A stretch of DNA of 64,000 nucleotides, from positions 164,598 to 228,597 of the IMG/VR virus record IMGVR_UViG_3300015262_000001; one strand, 5' to 3'. The position numbers and the translations under genes were made by a program. The first letter of the stretch is position 1; every line of letters starts with the position of its first letter. A model generated the notes under the pieces. That model was not told the DNA's origin. It made no database searches and saw only the letters and a program-made list of their open reading frames with translations. Positions 1 through 7,889 of the stretch are shown here, piece by piece.

Positions 1-319
1 AAGCAATTTGATAACCGTCACCAGCCCAGCAAGAATGGTAGCCATGTTCACGACCACCAAGATCACCGTCGACTCTCGAATCGTAATCAAGGATCAGGTC
101 CACGTCATAGTTATTACTACGCAGACGTTCCAGAACGCAGTCGGTACCCAGATCCAGGCCGCTAGGTGTGCCAACCGACAACATGTGTTTACCCAGCGCG
201 TTGATAACGTGAACGGATTTATCCTCACGATAGGTTGTCCGTATCGAGGTTAAAAGACCTCGCTGGTTCCAGGTACCGGCATACAGATCAAAGAACGGGA
301 GCAGTGGTATCTTTTTCAT
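1..319 (-). CDS. hypothetical protein, 3'-truncated by window edge
   Basis: Manually translated: ATG at 319, 5 nt after the upstream stop, open to position 1 (MKKIPLLPFFDLYAGTWNQRG...). Not in the ORF track because there is no stop in the window. Confidence 0.6.
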   Translation of the reverse strand, partial: MKKIPLLPFFDLYAGTWNQRGLLTSIRTTYREDKSVHVINALGKHMLSVGTPSGLDLGTDCVLERLRSNNYDVDLILDYDSRVDGDLGGREHGYHSCWAGDGYQIA

Positions 320-324
320 GTTGT

Positions 325-1020
325 TTATTCCTTGATCTCGTGAAGGTACTGCGCAGTTTTACCAGTGTTGTACCTGTGCATGTTGTAGGTGATCACGTTC
401 GAAACGGTGTCGATGGTTATGTCACGGTAAACATCGTTGTAACTCCAGAACAGGAAATCTTCCTGGGTGAGCTGACGTGGTTCGCCATCGAAACGAATGT
501 AGATCGGATAGAAATCACCCCGGTTGATCATCAGCGCGTTGATAATGCCGCGATTAACCTTGCTGAAACACAGGATACGAAAGTCACTGAAATCCGGCTT
601 GTACTGGACGATCACATTCTGGATGAGGATGCCAAAATTAGTACAGTACGGTGTACTGCGATCGAAATAAGCAGCAGGGAGTCGATCCACCAGATTGAGG
701 ATCTTGTTGATGAAATTACCTTGACCGAATTCACTGCGGTCTCGCCCGAGGGCTTCTTCCAGATGGTAGCGAAGTGCATCCATAAAGGGCCGGTTCGCTG
801 CTGGCTCGAAATAGATGGCCACGTTCTCAGCACGATCAGCCTGAGGAAACAAAGGAGCCGTGTGGTTGGCGAACTCCATACGAGCACTTACCTCTATCAA
901 CAGCTCTTTGGCATTCTGCGACAGGTCCACCCAATCCAAGAGCTGGTTCAGTTGTTGCGACAATTCGTAATCAGAAAGCATGTCAGGTTTCTTACTGCGC
1001 TTGAAGTTTTGCATGTCCAT
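325..1020 (-). CDS. hypothetical protein (231 aa)
   Basis: SD-like AGGAGA before ATG, tight packing with neighbours, no recognised motif. Confidence 0.75.
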   Translation of the reverse strand: MDMQNFKRSKKPDMLSDYELSQQLNQLLDWVDLSQNAKELLIEVSARMEFANHTAPLFPQADRAENVAIYFEPAANRPFMDALRYHLEEALGRDRSEFGQGNFINKILNLVDRLPAAYFDRSTPYCTNFGILIQNVIVQYKPDFSDFRILCFSKVNRGIINALMINRGDFYPIYIRFDGEPRQLTQEDFLFWSYNDVYRDITIDTVSNVITYNMHRYNTGKTAQYLHEIKE

Positions 1021-1023
1021 CTC

Positions 1024-1260
1024 CTAGATAGTTAATTGCCGACGTTCTGCTTCGTCGCGTACAAGGGGTAGATCGTCTTTGCTAAAAGTTACCATTACAG
1101 CAGTGCGCGTGAAATTGAACGTATAGTCACCGGCCAATGCACGGGCCATACTTACAATCTCATGATCCTTGACGTAGCGTTGCAAGTAGCCAAGGAGAAA
1201 CAAATCACGTGTAATCCTTTCTTTTTCTTTCTTACTGATAAAAGGTAATACCTGTCCCAT
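1024..1260 (-). CDS. hypothetical protein (78 aa, MGQVLPFISKK...)
   Basis: Start moved from track position 1362 to ATG 1260, because a hairpin and an early-type promoter lie in 1270-1345. Confidence 0.65.
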   Translation of the reverse strand: MGQVLPFISKKEKERITRDLFLLGYLQRYVKDHEIVSMARALAGDYTFNFTRTAVMVTFSKDDLPLVRDEAERRQLTI

Positions 1261-1267
1261 GATACAC

Positions 1268-1293
1268 CCTAGTAATGTAGGTTTGTAAAAAAT
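1268..1293 (-). promoter_or_regulatory. phiKZ-type early promoter (AAACCTACATTACTAG)
   Basis: Matches the TATATTAC-like early core known for the phiKZ virion RNAP; the same motif recurs at 11920 and 46945. Confidence 0.6.
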
Positions 1294-1310
1294 TAAAGCA
1301 GTGTGAACAG

Positions 1311-1342
1311 TACTACTTCTCTGGCATGCCAGAGAAGTAGTA
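1311..1342. terminator. perfect 32-bp palindrome / terminator-type hairpin
   Basis: TACTACTTCTCTGGCA|TGCCAGAGAAGTAGTA, intergenic. Confidence 0.6.
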
Positions 1343-1346
1343 ACCG

Positions 1347-1496
1347 CTACCCCCAGATCCAATTAAAGATCATCTTCAGTAGACCCTGCTTAGAGTGCTG
1401 CGCATTCCCCTTAATGTAACGTTGATAGTCCGCACGCCCATTACAGGAGTACATTCTAGCAGGAAGGGGAATGGCATGACGACGTTTTCCGACCAC
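1347..1496 (-). CDS. small basic hypothetical protein (49 aa, GTG start)
   Basis: AAGGA SD 7 nt upstream of GTG; translates MVGKRRHAIPLPARMYSC...GLLKMIFNWIWG and fills the gap. Confidence 0.5.
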   Translation of the reverse strand: MVGKRRHAIPLPARMYSCNGRADYQRYIKGNAQHSKQGLLKMIFNWIWG

Positions 1497-1552
1497 GGGT
1501 AAATCCTTTTATTGCGGGCTAGGGATAAGATAACCACAGCAGTAAAACAATG

Positions 1553-1870
1553 TTAGGCTGCTGCCATGTAGCGGTTGTTCACTTTAGGCTTTGGGAGGAA
1601 GACTAACTCCTCGTCACCCAATTCACGGATGTCAGACACCTTTACCAACGCAAAGTCGCTGATGATTTCACCACGGAAGTTGGTCTTGTGGACCAGGTCT
1701 TGCGCAGTTACAATCCAGCCACCTTCATTGCCAGCGGTGAAATAAGCGTCGTAGTGGAACACGGTGTTGCCAGGTTGTACATACGCTACCAGCTCAACCA
1801 GACGGTTGGCGTTAACGCTTTCTTCGTTTGCCACAATTACTTTGTCGTGGACTTTAAAGTCAGTGCTCAT
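1553..1870 (-). CDS. hypothetical protein (105 aa, possible SH3/KOW-like fold)
   Basis: FKVHDKVIV start typical of small beta-barrel phage proteins; SD GAGG. Confidence 0.7.
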   Translation of the reverse strand: MSTDFKVHDKVIVANEESVNANRLVELVAYVQPGNTVFHYDAYFTAGNEGGWIVTAQDLVHKTNFRGEIISDFALVKVSDIRELGDEELVFLPKPKVNNRYMAAA

Positions 1871-1934
1871 TTTGTTCCCTCAAAATAGGTTAGATTAGGT
1901 TTGCGTTACAAAAGGGTTTGGTGCAAATAAGAAA

Positions 1935-1959
1935 TAAGGGGACCCGAAGATCCCCCTTA
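1935..1959 (-). terminator. intrinsic terminator (cUUCGg loop)
   Basis: Minus strand TAAGGGGGATC-TTCG-GGTCCCCTTA followed by TTTCTTATTT. Confidence 0.75.
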
Positions 1960-1973
1960 CAACTATGGCTGTG

Positions 1974-3107
1974 TTACGCCAGGCCAAACAAACCGGCCGG
2001 TACGTGATGTACAGGTGCAGGCAGTGCTTCAACTGGAGCCTGGTCAGAAGCACCCAGGGATACCAGGTTGCTGCCAGGCATCACACTGCGACCCAGAGCA
2101 GAACCGCCAGCGCCGAGTGCCAGACCAACCATGCCGCCAACAACGTAACGACCGAATTGACCATCGACGTACTGGTCAACTTGCTCACCGGCGAAGAACG
2201 CGCCGATGCCGCCGACCACAGTGCCGATTGCCGAACCAGCAGTCAGACCGCCACGAGCCATCATTTCCATGCCGCCACCGACCACGGCGCTACCGGCTGC
2301 GATCCAGCTGGTACGGATGCCTTCGTCACGTTCACCCATCAGGCTGAAGCGCGACTTGTCGGAGTAATGACCGTCATCTTTAGGCTGGTTCACTGCACAC
2401 CAGCGCATGAAACCGTGTACAGCTTGGCTGCCTTCTTCGTCACCCAGGCCTTCACTGAAGGTCACGAAGTTCTCGTCGAAGCCCTTGGACTGATCAGCGG
2501 TCAGCGAGAACGCGTCCCACTTGGCAGTCAGTTCAGGAGCAGTGGAGAGGAAAGCAACCCAGGCAGTGGCGCGCTGCTCTGGGGTGGTACGGCCGACGGC
2601 GATCATGGCGATTTCGAAACCGGCGATGGCTTTTTGCAGATCAGCAGCTTTGGTAGTTTGTGCGTTCATGGTGTTGGTGTCCTGTTCGTTTGCGTTAAAG
2701 GAGGTTTGACCGTTGTGGTCTGGGGCAGTGGTGGTCGAATTATTGACCGGTTGTTGATGAACGTGTTCGCCAGCCAAATCCTTCTCGATGAAGGTTGCTT
2801 CATTTGGCTGGCCTGCAACGGCGACCTGGGCGGTACCAGACAGTTCAGTAACCCTGACTGGAGCTGGCTCAGGATTGAATTCACCGGCCTTCTTGATATG
2901 GTTGAAGGACCAGTTAACTCCGAGCTGGTTATTCACCATTTGCAGCACAGGTTGACGATCCCGAGTAGCTACCTGGGATTGGTCCACCATCACCGTTTTA
3001 ACATAGGCCAGTTGAACGGCCTCCGGTGCACCTTCAGTACGAAGTTTGGAAACTACCGCCACCAGCATGGAAGCGATGTTTGCAACTTGGTCGTTCTTGG
3101 TGTTCAT
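1974..3107 (-). CDS. early protein with C-terminal glycine-zipper membrane segments (377 aa)
   Basis: C-terminal third holds GxxxG-rich hydrophobic helices (AVVGGG; AIGTVVGGIGAFFAG; VVGGMVGLALGAGG); SD AGGAGAG. Confidence 0.8.
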   Translation of the reverse strand: MNTKNDQVANIASMLVAVVSKLRTEGAPEAVQLAYVKTVMVDQSQVATRDRQPVLQMVNNQLGVNWSFNHIKKAGEFNPEPAPVRVTELSGTAQVAVAGQPNEATFIEKDLAGEHVHQQPVNNSTTTAPDHNGQTSFNANEQDTNTMNAQTTKAADLQKAIAGFEIAMIAVGRTTPEQRATAWVAFLSTAPELTAKWDAFSLTADQSKGFDENFVTFSEGLGDEEGSQAVHGFMRWCAVNQPKDDGHYSDKSRFSLMGERDEGIRTSWIAAGSAVVGGGMEMMARGGLTAGSAIGTVVGGIGAFFAGEQVDQYVDGQFGRYVVGGMVGLALGAGGSALGRSVMPGSNLVSLGASDQAPVEALPAPVHHVPAGLFGLA

Positions 3108-3167
3108 AGCGGTACTCTCCTACAAGTAAGGTTAGATTACTCGTCATGGCGAATAATCTTTATTGAA

Positions 3168-3211
3168 TAATCACACAAGTAATATAGACACAAAAACATC
3201 TGTATCTTAAA
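3168..3211 (-). promoter_or_regulatory. extended early promoter TTTAAGATACAG-N10-GTCTATATTACTTG
   Basis: Contains TATATTAC; 37 of 44 nt identical to 41605-41648. Confidence 0.75.
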
Positions 3212-3219
3212 TTTACTTG

Positions 3220-3360
3220 TTACTGTTTAGTGGCGCTCATAATGCCCCGAGTAATGTACTGGGCGCTAGTACCTCCATCAGAAGGTTCCATGTAAGCCAC
3301 TGTCATACAGCAGGACGCAATAACGCTAAACAGGCCCACCAGTACTAAGGTAGCTTTCAT
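3220..3360 (-). CDS. small membrane/secreted peptide (46 aa)
   Basis: AGGAGA SD; MKATLVLVGLFSVIASCCMTVAYM... has a hydrophobic N-terminus; manually translated. Confidence 0.6.
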   Translation of the reverse strand: MKATLVLVGLFSVIASCCMTVAYMEPSDGGTSAQYITRGIMSATKQ

Positions 3361-3454
3361 TTTGTTTCTCCTGAAAGAAGTATGTTGTTTATACACACGG
3401 ATGATGTAGTCTTGAAATAAGCTGTAAGTTAAAATGCAAAAAATAAAGGTACTC

Positions 3455-3487
3455 TACTCCTACTCCCCGATAAAGGGAGTAGGAGTA
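3455..3487 (-). terminator. intrinsic terminator
   Basis: 13-bp stem TACTCCTACTCCC/GGGAGTAGGAGTA with a T-rich tail on the minus strand, just after the 3496 stop. Confidence 0.75.
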
Positions 3488-3495
3488 GTACCAGG

Positions 3496-3942
3496 TTACT
3501 TCTTCGGTTTCTTAATGCCGTACTGCTCGTTGTTGAAGATCAGCGTGCGTCCAGCCCAATCTGCGAACAGGTTGTTCAGAGCAAGGATCTCATACTTGTC
3601 GAAGTCATACTTCACCGACATATGGAACAAAGGTGTACCGTAAGCGTGCTGATACCCCTCATCCTTCAAACGGCGAAACTCTTCCAACATGTCAGTGCTG
3701 GTCAGCATGAACACCAGACCGTCACCCAAAGTTTTCAGGGCAATGATATTCGCCGTGAACTCCTTGGATGCAGGCATCAGGTTACACAACGGCGTAGGAA
3801 TATCACGCTCGTCGAACACCATGGTAGCATGCAGTTCGTGTTTTGATTCTGGAGAAATACCTGCCAGCACCAACTTCGAAATGATTTCTTCCTGCATCTC
3901 TGACTTGAGTTGCACACTGACGTAACTATAGTCCAATTCCAT
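3496..3942 (-). CDS. acb1: 2H phosphodiesterase, Acb1 / T4 gp57B-like anti-CBASS nuclease
   Basis: Two HxT/S motifs (HAT, HMS) about 70 aa apart. The layout YV..L / HATMVF / LVFMLTS / GYQHAY..FHMSVKY parallels T4 gp57B as I recall it (HSTICY / LVLVLDS / GATHDF..PHITLSY). Length 148 aa. Confidence 0.7.
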   Translation of the reverse strand: MELDYSYVSVQLKSEMQEEIISKLVLAGISPESKHELHATMVFDERDIPTPLCNLMPASKEFTANIIALKTLGDGLVFMLTSTDMLEEFRRLKDEGYQHAYGTPLFHMSVKYDFDKYEILALNNLFADWAGRTLIFNNEQYGIKKPKK

Positions 3943-3947
3943 TACGG

Positions 3948-4127
3948 TTAGTCCTGGATACGTTTGACTTCCACACGCACCAGGGTGTTACCCGATTTAA
4001 TGCGTGCCCTCAAACGATGGCAGGCGGCCTCCTGAAGGTCAAAAGCCTCCATGGTAGTATAAGGGGTACCGTAACCGCAGCTGTTGCCTTCAACGTAGAA
4101 CAGGTACTTGCTTTCCATGAGAGTCAT
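3948..4127 (-). CDS. small hypothetical protein (59 aa)
   Basis: Manually translated MTLMESKYLFYVEGNSCGYG...; fills the gap exactly, 3 nt and 5 nt from its neighbours. Confidence 0.65.
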   Translation of the reverse strand: MTLMESKYLFYVEGNSCGYGTPYTTMEAFDLQEAACHRLRARIKSGNTLVRVEVKRIQD

Positions 4128-4130
4128 CTC

Positions 4131-4418
4131 TTAATTCATTAAAGGGCGGACGAAGAATTCTTCCAGCTCTTTACCTTCAGCAAAAGGAACGTCATCACTC
4201 TCGGCTACAGACGCGCGAATGATAAACCCGTTACGCACTTCAATGCGCAGTTTGGTAAGTTCTGGCTTACCGCTATCACGGCAGACATAAACCAACGGAC
4301 CACCCATGACTCCCAGGATGTTTTCCAGGGCACGAGTATCAACCTTATCCGCTACGTCCTTGCCGATCTCTTTGTAGCGCCATACGTTTGCATGGCGAAA
4401 GAATTTGACTGCCCGCAT
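4131..4418 (-). CDS. hypothetical protein (95 aa)
   Basis: ATG immediately follows the DHH stop (translational coupling). Confidence 0.7.
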   Translation of the reverse strand: MRAVKFFRHANVWRYKEIGKDVADKVDTRALENILGVMGGPLVYVCRDSGKPELTKLRIEVRNGFIIRASVAESDDVPFAEGKELEEFFVRPLMN

Positions 4419-5342
4419 TTACTTCTTCCCTAGTAATAGTTTCCACGCCATAACCGGATGCATTGCGAAAGCCATGATTTTGTCATACAGTGAATAGTCA
4501 AGCACCTCATGGCTGCGAGCGAAGCGTTTGTCGTTGTAACTGATCGTGAAACCGGCGGCATCTGAATGCCCGCCACCACCAAAGTATTCAGCGATTGCAG
4601 ATACGTCAATACGGCCCTTCTGACAACGGATGGAATACTTACGGCCTTTAGGCAAATCCATGTAGACCAGTGCGAACGGATAATCCTTGGAAAGAACATC
4701 ACCCAGGTCAGACGCAAAGAATATGTTGGCGTTGACCACAGGTACTTCGTAGCCCAAGCATTTCATCGTGCGAGCGTTCATTGACACACGCGTGGTGTCC
4801 TGCTCGTGCTTACGTAACAGAATGCGCCCCTCAGCAATCAGGTCCAGCGGATCGGTATTGATCAACGCATCAAACTGTTCAACGTTAAACGGGTAGGAAA
4901 AGGCCGCGGTTACCCAATTGTTGGTATTCGGGTATTTGAACTTCCACAGATCGCGGTCTTCAACATACAACAACCCTTCTGGCGGAGGAGAGCTATTGAA
5001 GTACTTCCAGGCCAGCATGGCACCCGAATGGCTCTCGTCTACAACAAAGAGCCCTTCGAGATTTTTCTTTGCAGTGGCGTGATGATCCAGAACAACTACG
5101 TCATGCGCACGCTTCAGCATTTCCACCATGACTTCACGTGGATAACTAAAGTCCACCACGTAAACCATCTTGCCGTCTACGTCAGGCAGCTTGTTGTTGT
5201 AAGCAGCGGCCACCAACTCGATGTCGATACCGAGTCGCTTGAAGTGGCGCCATACCACCCATGCAGCGCCAACACCATCCAGACAGTCTTTGTGATAGAT
5301 GCACAAGACTGGTTTCATTTCCATATCCGTACTTGATTCCAT
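4419..5342 (-). CDS. DHH/DHHA1 phosphoesterase (NrnA-like)
   Basis: Motifs YHKDCLDG, VVDFS, VLDHH, EDRDLW and C-terminal GGGHSDAAGF. Confidence 0.9.
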   Translation of the reverse strand: MESSTDMEMKPVLCIYHKDCLDGVGAAWVVWRHFKRLGIDIELVAAAYNNKLPDVDGKMVYVVDFSYPREVMVEMLKRAHDVVVLDHHATAKKNLEGLFVVDESHSGAMLAWKYFNSSPPPEGLLYVEDRDLWKFKYPNTNNWVTAAFSYPFNVEQFDALINTDPLDLIAEGRILLRKHEQDTTRVSMNARTMKCLGYEVPVVNANIFFASDLGDVLSKDYPFALVYMDLPKGRKYSIRCQKGRIDVSAIAEYFGGGGHSDAAGFTISYNDKRFARSHEVLDYSLYDKIMAFAMHPVMAWKLLLGKK

Positions 5343-5365
5343 TACCCCAGGCCCCCTAACGATTG

Positions 5366-5656
5366 TTATGCGCGTTTGATTTGGTATTTTTGGAAGAGCT
5401 TTTGGGCACTGCCATCGGCAATAGCCTCATCGACAGCAAGATCGAGAGCCAGATCGTAAAGTGCTTCCTGTGTCAACGGAGGAGGAGCCGGCACTCGCTT
5501 TGTCACAATGATGCGTTGAATGCAACGGGAGAAACGATGCTCGGCAACTTGCATCATGCTGTCGTGATTACCACGACCGATAGTACATGAACGGAAGTGT
5601 GTTACGATCCCGTTAAGGAAAACAACATACTTAAACGCACATTTAGAGACAGTCAT
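5366..5656 (-). CDS. hypothetical protein (96 aa)
   Basis: ATGA overlap with the upstream gene. Confidence 0.65.
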   Translation of the reverse strand: MTVSKCAFKYVVFLNGIVTHFRSCTIGRGNHDSMMQVAEHRFSRCIQRIIVTKRVPAPPPLTQEALYDLALDLAVDEAIADGSAQKLFQKYQIKRA

Positions 5657-5889
5657 TGCGTTACCCCCTCTTCTTCTTCGTGAAGTTGCGCCATGTATTC
5701 TTGATAGCTGTCTTCGGCACGGTGGTTGACGTCAGTCGTTTCCACGTTGTCCTGGTGCTCTTTAGACTGCTCGCAAGTATCACAGACCATGACGGGATAG
5801 TCACCCAGTTCTGGGATCTGGTAGGGGATAAACTCCGTCCCCGCATTATCTTCCATTACGCATTTACAAATGTAGCATTCGTTGCTCAT
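5653..5889 (-). CDS. small Cys4 zinc-ribbon protein
   Basis: CYIC...CDTC pairs and an acidic tail; start moved to MSNEC at 5889. Confidence 0.65.
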   Translation of the reverse strand: MSNECYICKCVMEDNAGTEFIPYQIPELGDYPVMVCDTCEQSKEHQDNVETTDVNHRAEDSYQEYMAQLHEEEEGVTQ

Positions 5890-5893
5890 TTGA

Positions 5894-6376
5894 TTACCCC
5901 AAGAAACCTTCATCGGTTTCAGTTGGATTGTTAGCAGCGGCTACAGCCAGCTTGTCCGCCAGTTCGTTATCAGGAACACCGGTATGACCCCGTACCCAAA
6001 AGAATTTAACCTTGTTGGCTTTAAGCAACGGCTGAATACGCTGCCAGAGGTCTTTGTTCTTAATAGGTTCCTGGGTCTTCCAGGCGATCCAGTTACTGCG
6101 GGCCCAGCCATTCAACCACTTGGTTGCAGAGTTGATCACGTACATGGAGTCGGTGGTAACTTCAAAGACCGTACCGGGCTTGCCAAACTCCTCCAGTGCA
6201 ACGATGACCGCCAGCAACTCCATGCGATTATTGGTGGTTCGGAAAAAGCCTTTCGAGAGTGTGACAACCTCGTCTCCGCATCTCGCTACAATCCCGTAAC
6301 CTCCAGGGCCTGGGTTACCCAGAGCACTGCCGTCCGTGTGCACCTTGTAGGTAATAGGGGGTTCTTTTTTGCTCAT
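5894..6376 (-). CDS. rnhA: ribonuclease HI
   Basis: TDGSALGNPGPGGYG, TTNNRMEL, TDSMYV, KNKDLW, WVRGH and NELADKLA motifs. Confidence 0.97.
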   Translation of the reverse strand: MSKKEPPITYKVHTDGSALGNPGPGGYGIVARCGDEVVTLSKGFFRTTNNRMELLAVIVALEEFGKPGTVFEVTTDSMYVINSATKWLNGWARSNWIAWKTQEPIKNKDLWQRIQPLLKANKVKFFWVRGHTGVPDNELADKLAVAAANNPTETDEGFLG

Positions 6377-6388
6377 GGCATTCTCTTT

Positions 6389-6419
6389 AAATCCACCCCA
6401 GGGTAAGTGGGGTGGATTA
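6389..6419 (-). terminator. hairpin / probable terminator
   Basis: AATCCACCCC...GGGGTGGATT inverted repeat in the intergenic gap. Confidence 0.6.
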
Positions 6420-6430
6420 CTAGCTAAGGG

Positions 6431-7876
6431 TTAGAAAGGACGCGGGTAGTACGGGTAGTCCACGTCCCCATTATCTTCCCGGTAAGCTTCACCGGTAACA
6501 ACACGAGCGGTACGGATGGCACTGTCCAGCATCTTGATCACACGCAGACGCGAACGGATCGACTGCACTACATAATGGATCAAGTTAGCAACCACTGGGT
6601 CCTTCATGTCCGGATCGAGCGGGTTGTGATAACTGGAGTCACGCAGTACTTCGCGCACCTTGGCATCAATCACATCCATAGGCGCATCGATTTCCAGATC
6701 AACCGGTACGCGGTAACCGATGGTAATACCGACCTTCGTAACAGTTTCACGGCGCATGGACAGATGATCATGCGGCAGGTCAACTTTCAGCGTGCAGAAC
6801 TTGTTGGGGATGTACAACGACTTGTCGCCCAACGATTCGTCCTTCATGGTGGTATTCACGATGAGGACAGACCCGGTCGAAGGAATGTAGGTCTTTTCCA
6901 GTTGCGCAAACTTCAGACGTGCACGATGACCCTTGATGGTAACTTCCTTCAACCGCGAGTTGGTCGCAGCGAAGCCTTCGTTGGTTTTGATATTGCTGTC
7001 GTCGATCGTGGTATCCAGCAACTGGATAGAATCACTGATCACGCTATTGAACACCGACGAACGGCTGAGCGACGAGTACTTCAGTTCGCGACGAGGTTCT
7101 TCGCGGTTATGTTGTACCAGCCAAGGCGATTTGTACCGCTCTTCTTGACGAGGCATCGAACTGACTGTCGAACTGTTGAACACGCAGCTGTTGGTCGACT
7201 GGTTTTCCAGAATCACTTCACCCAGGAAGGTATCGTGGGTACTGTCGGTGTTGATCAGGATCGCCTGGTTTACCAAATGACGGTTGATATCCATCGCCTG
7301 GTAGCCGCCACGATAGATGTCGAAGCTATTGATCTGCACAGATGACTTCTCATCGAGGAGCAACTGCACAGTAATGCCGTCCGACTCGACCACGAAATGC
7401 GAGAAGGTACGTGGTACGTCTTTCTCACGCCAGGCCATACGGGTGTTCAGCCAGAAGGTATGACCGCTGTCGGTGGTAATACGACCGGCTTCCTTGATGT
7501 CTACCTGGCGCGGTTCAATCATTACACCCTTGACCATCACCCAAGGAGTTTTCAGAGCGGCCAGCTCTTCCTTGGAGTAATACTTGAGCTCAGCCGCGCC
7601 CCATGGAGTGAACGTAGAAGACTTCTTGGGAAGGTCCATCTTGATGCGACCGATCGCTTCTTCAACGGTTTCCGAGTGCGGCTTGGCACCACGTGGTTTT
7701 GCATGATTGGACATCGGCAATAACTTTACCGATTTAGGCTGATCAACAGAAACTGCTTTATCTTGAGCGGTAACTGCTTCAAGCGCTTTAACCGCTTTGG
7801 CCACTTGTTTGGTTTCAGTTGCTGGTGCCGCTTTGTGATCGTTTGCATTTGCTTTCTTTTCAGTTACGGTGGTCAT
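6431..7876 (-). CDS. hypothetical protein (481 aa) with possible beta-helical repeat region
   Basis: Low-complexity Ala/Lys N-terminus; Ser/Thr/Asn-rich short beta repeats in the middle. Confidence 0.8.
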   Translation of the reverse strand: MTTVTEKKANANDHKAAPATETKQVAKAVKALEAVTAQDKAVSVDQPKSVKLLPMSNHAKPRGAKPHSETVEEAIGRIKMDLPKKSSTFTPWGAAELKYYSKEELAALKTPWVMVKGVMIEPRQVDIKEAGRITTDSGHTFWLNTRMAWREKDVPRTFSHFVVESDGITVQLLLDEKSSVQINSFDIYRGGYQAMDINRHLVNQAILINTDSTHDTFLGEVILENQSTNSCVFNSSTVSSMPRQEERYKSPWLVQHNREEPRRELKYSSLSRSSVFNSVISDSIQLLDTTIDDSNIKTNEGFAATNSRLKEVTIKGHRARLKFAQLEKTYIPSTGSVLIVNTTMKDESLGDKSLYIPNKFCTLKVDLPHDHLSMRRETVTKVGITIGYRVPVDLEIDAPMDVIDAKVREVLRDSSYHNPLDPDMKDPVVANLIHYVVQSIRSRLRVIKMLDSAIRTARVVTGEAYREDNGDVDYPYYPRPF

Positions 7877-7889
7877 GAGTTTGCGTCCC

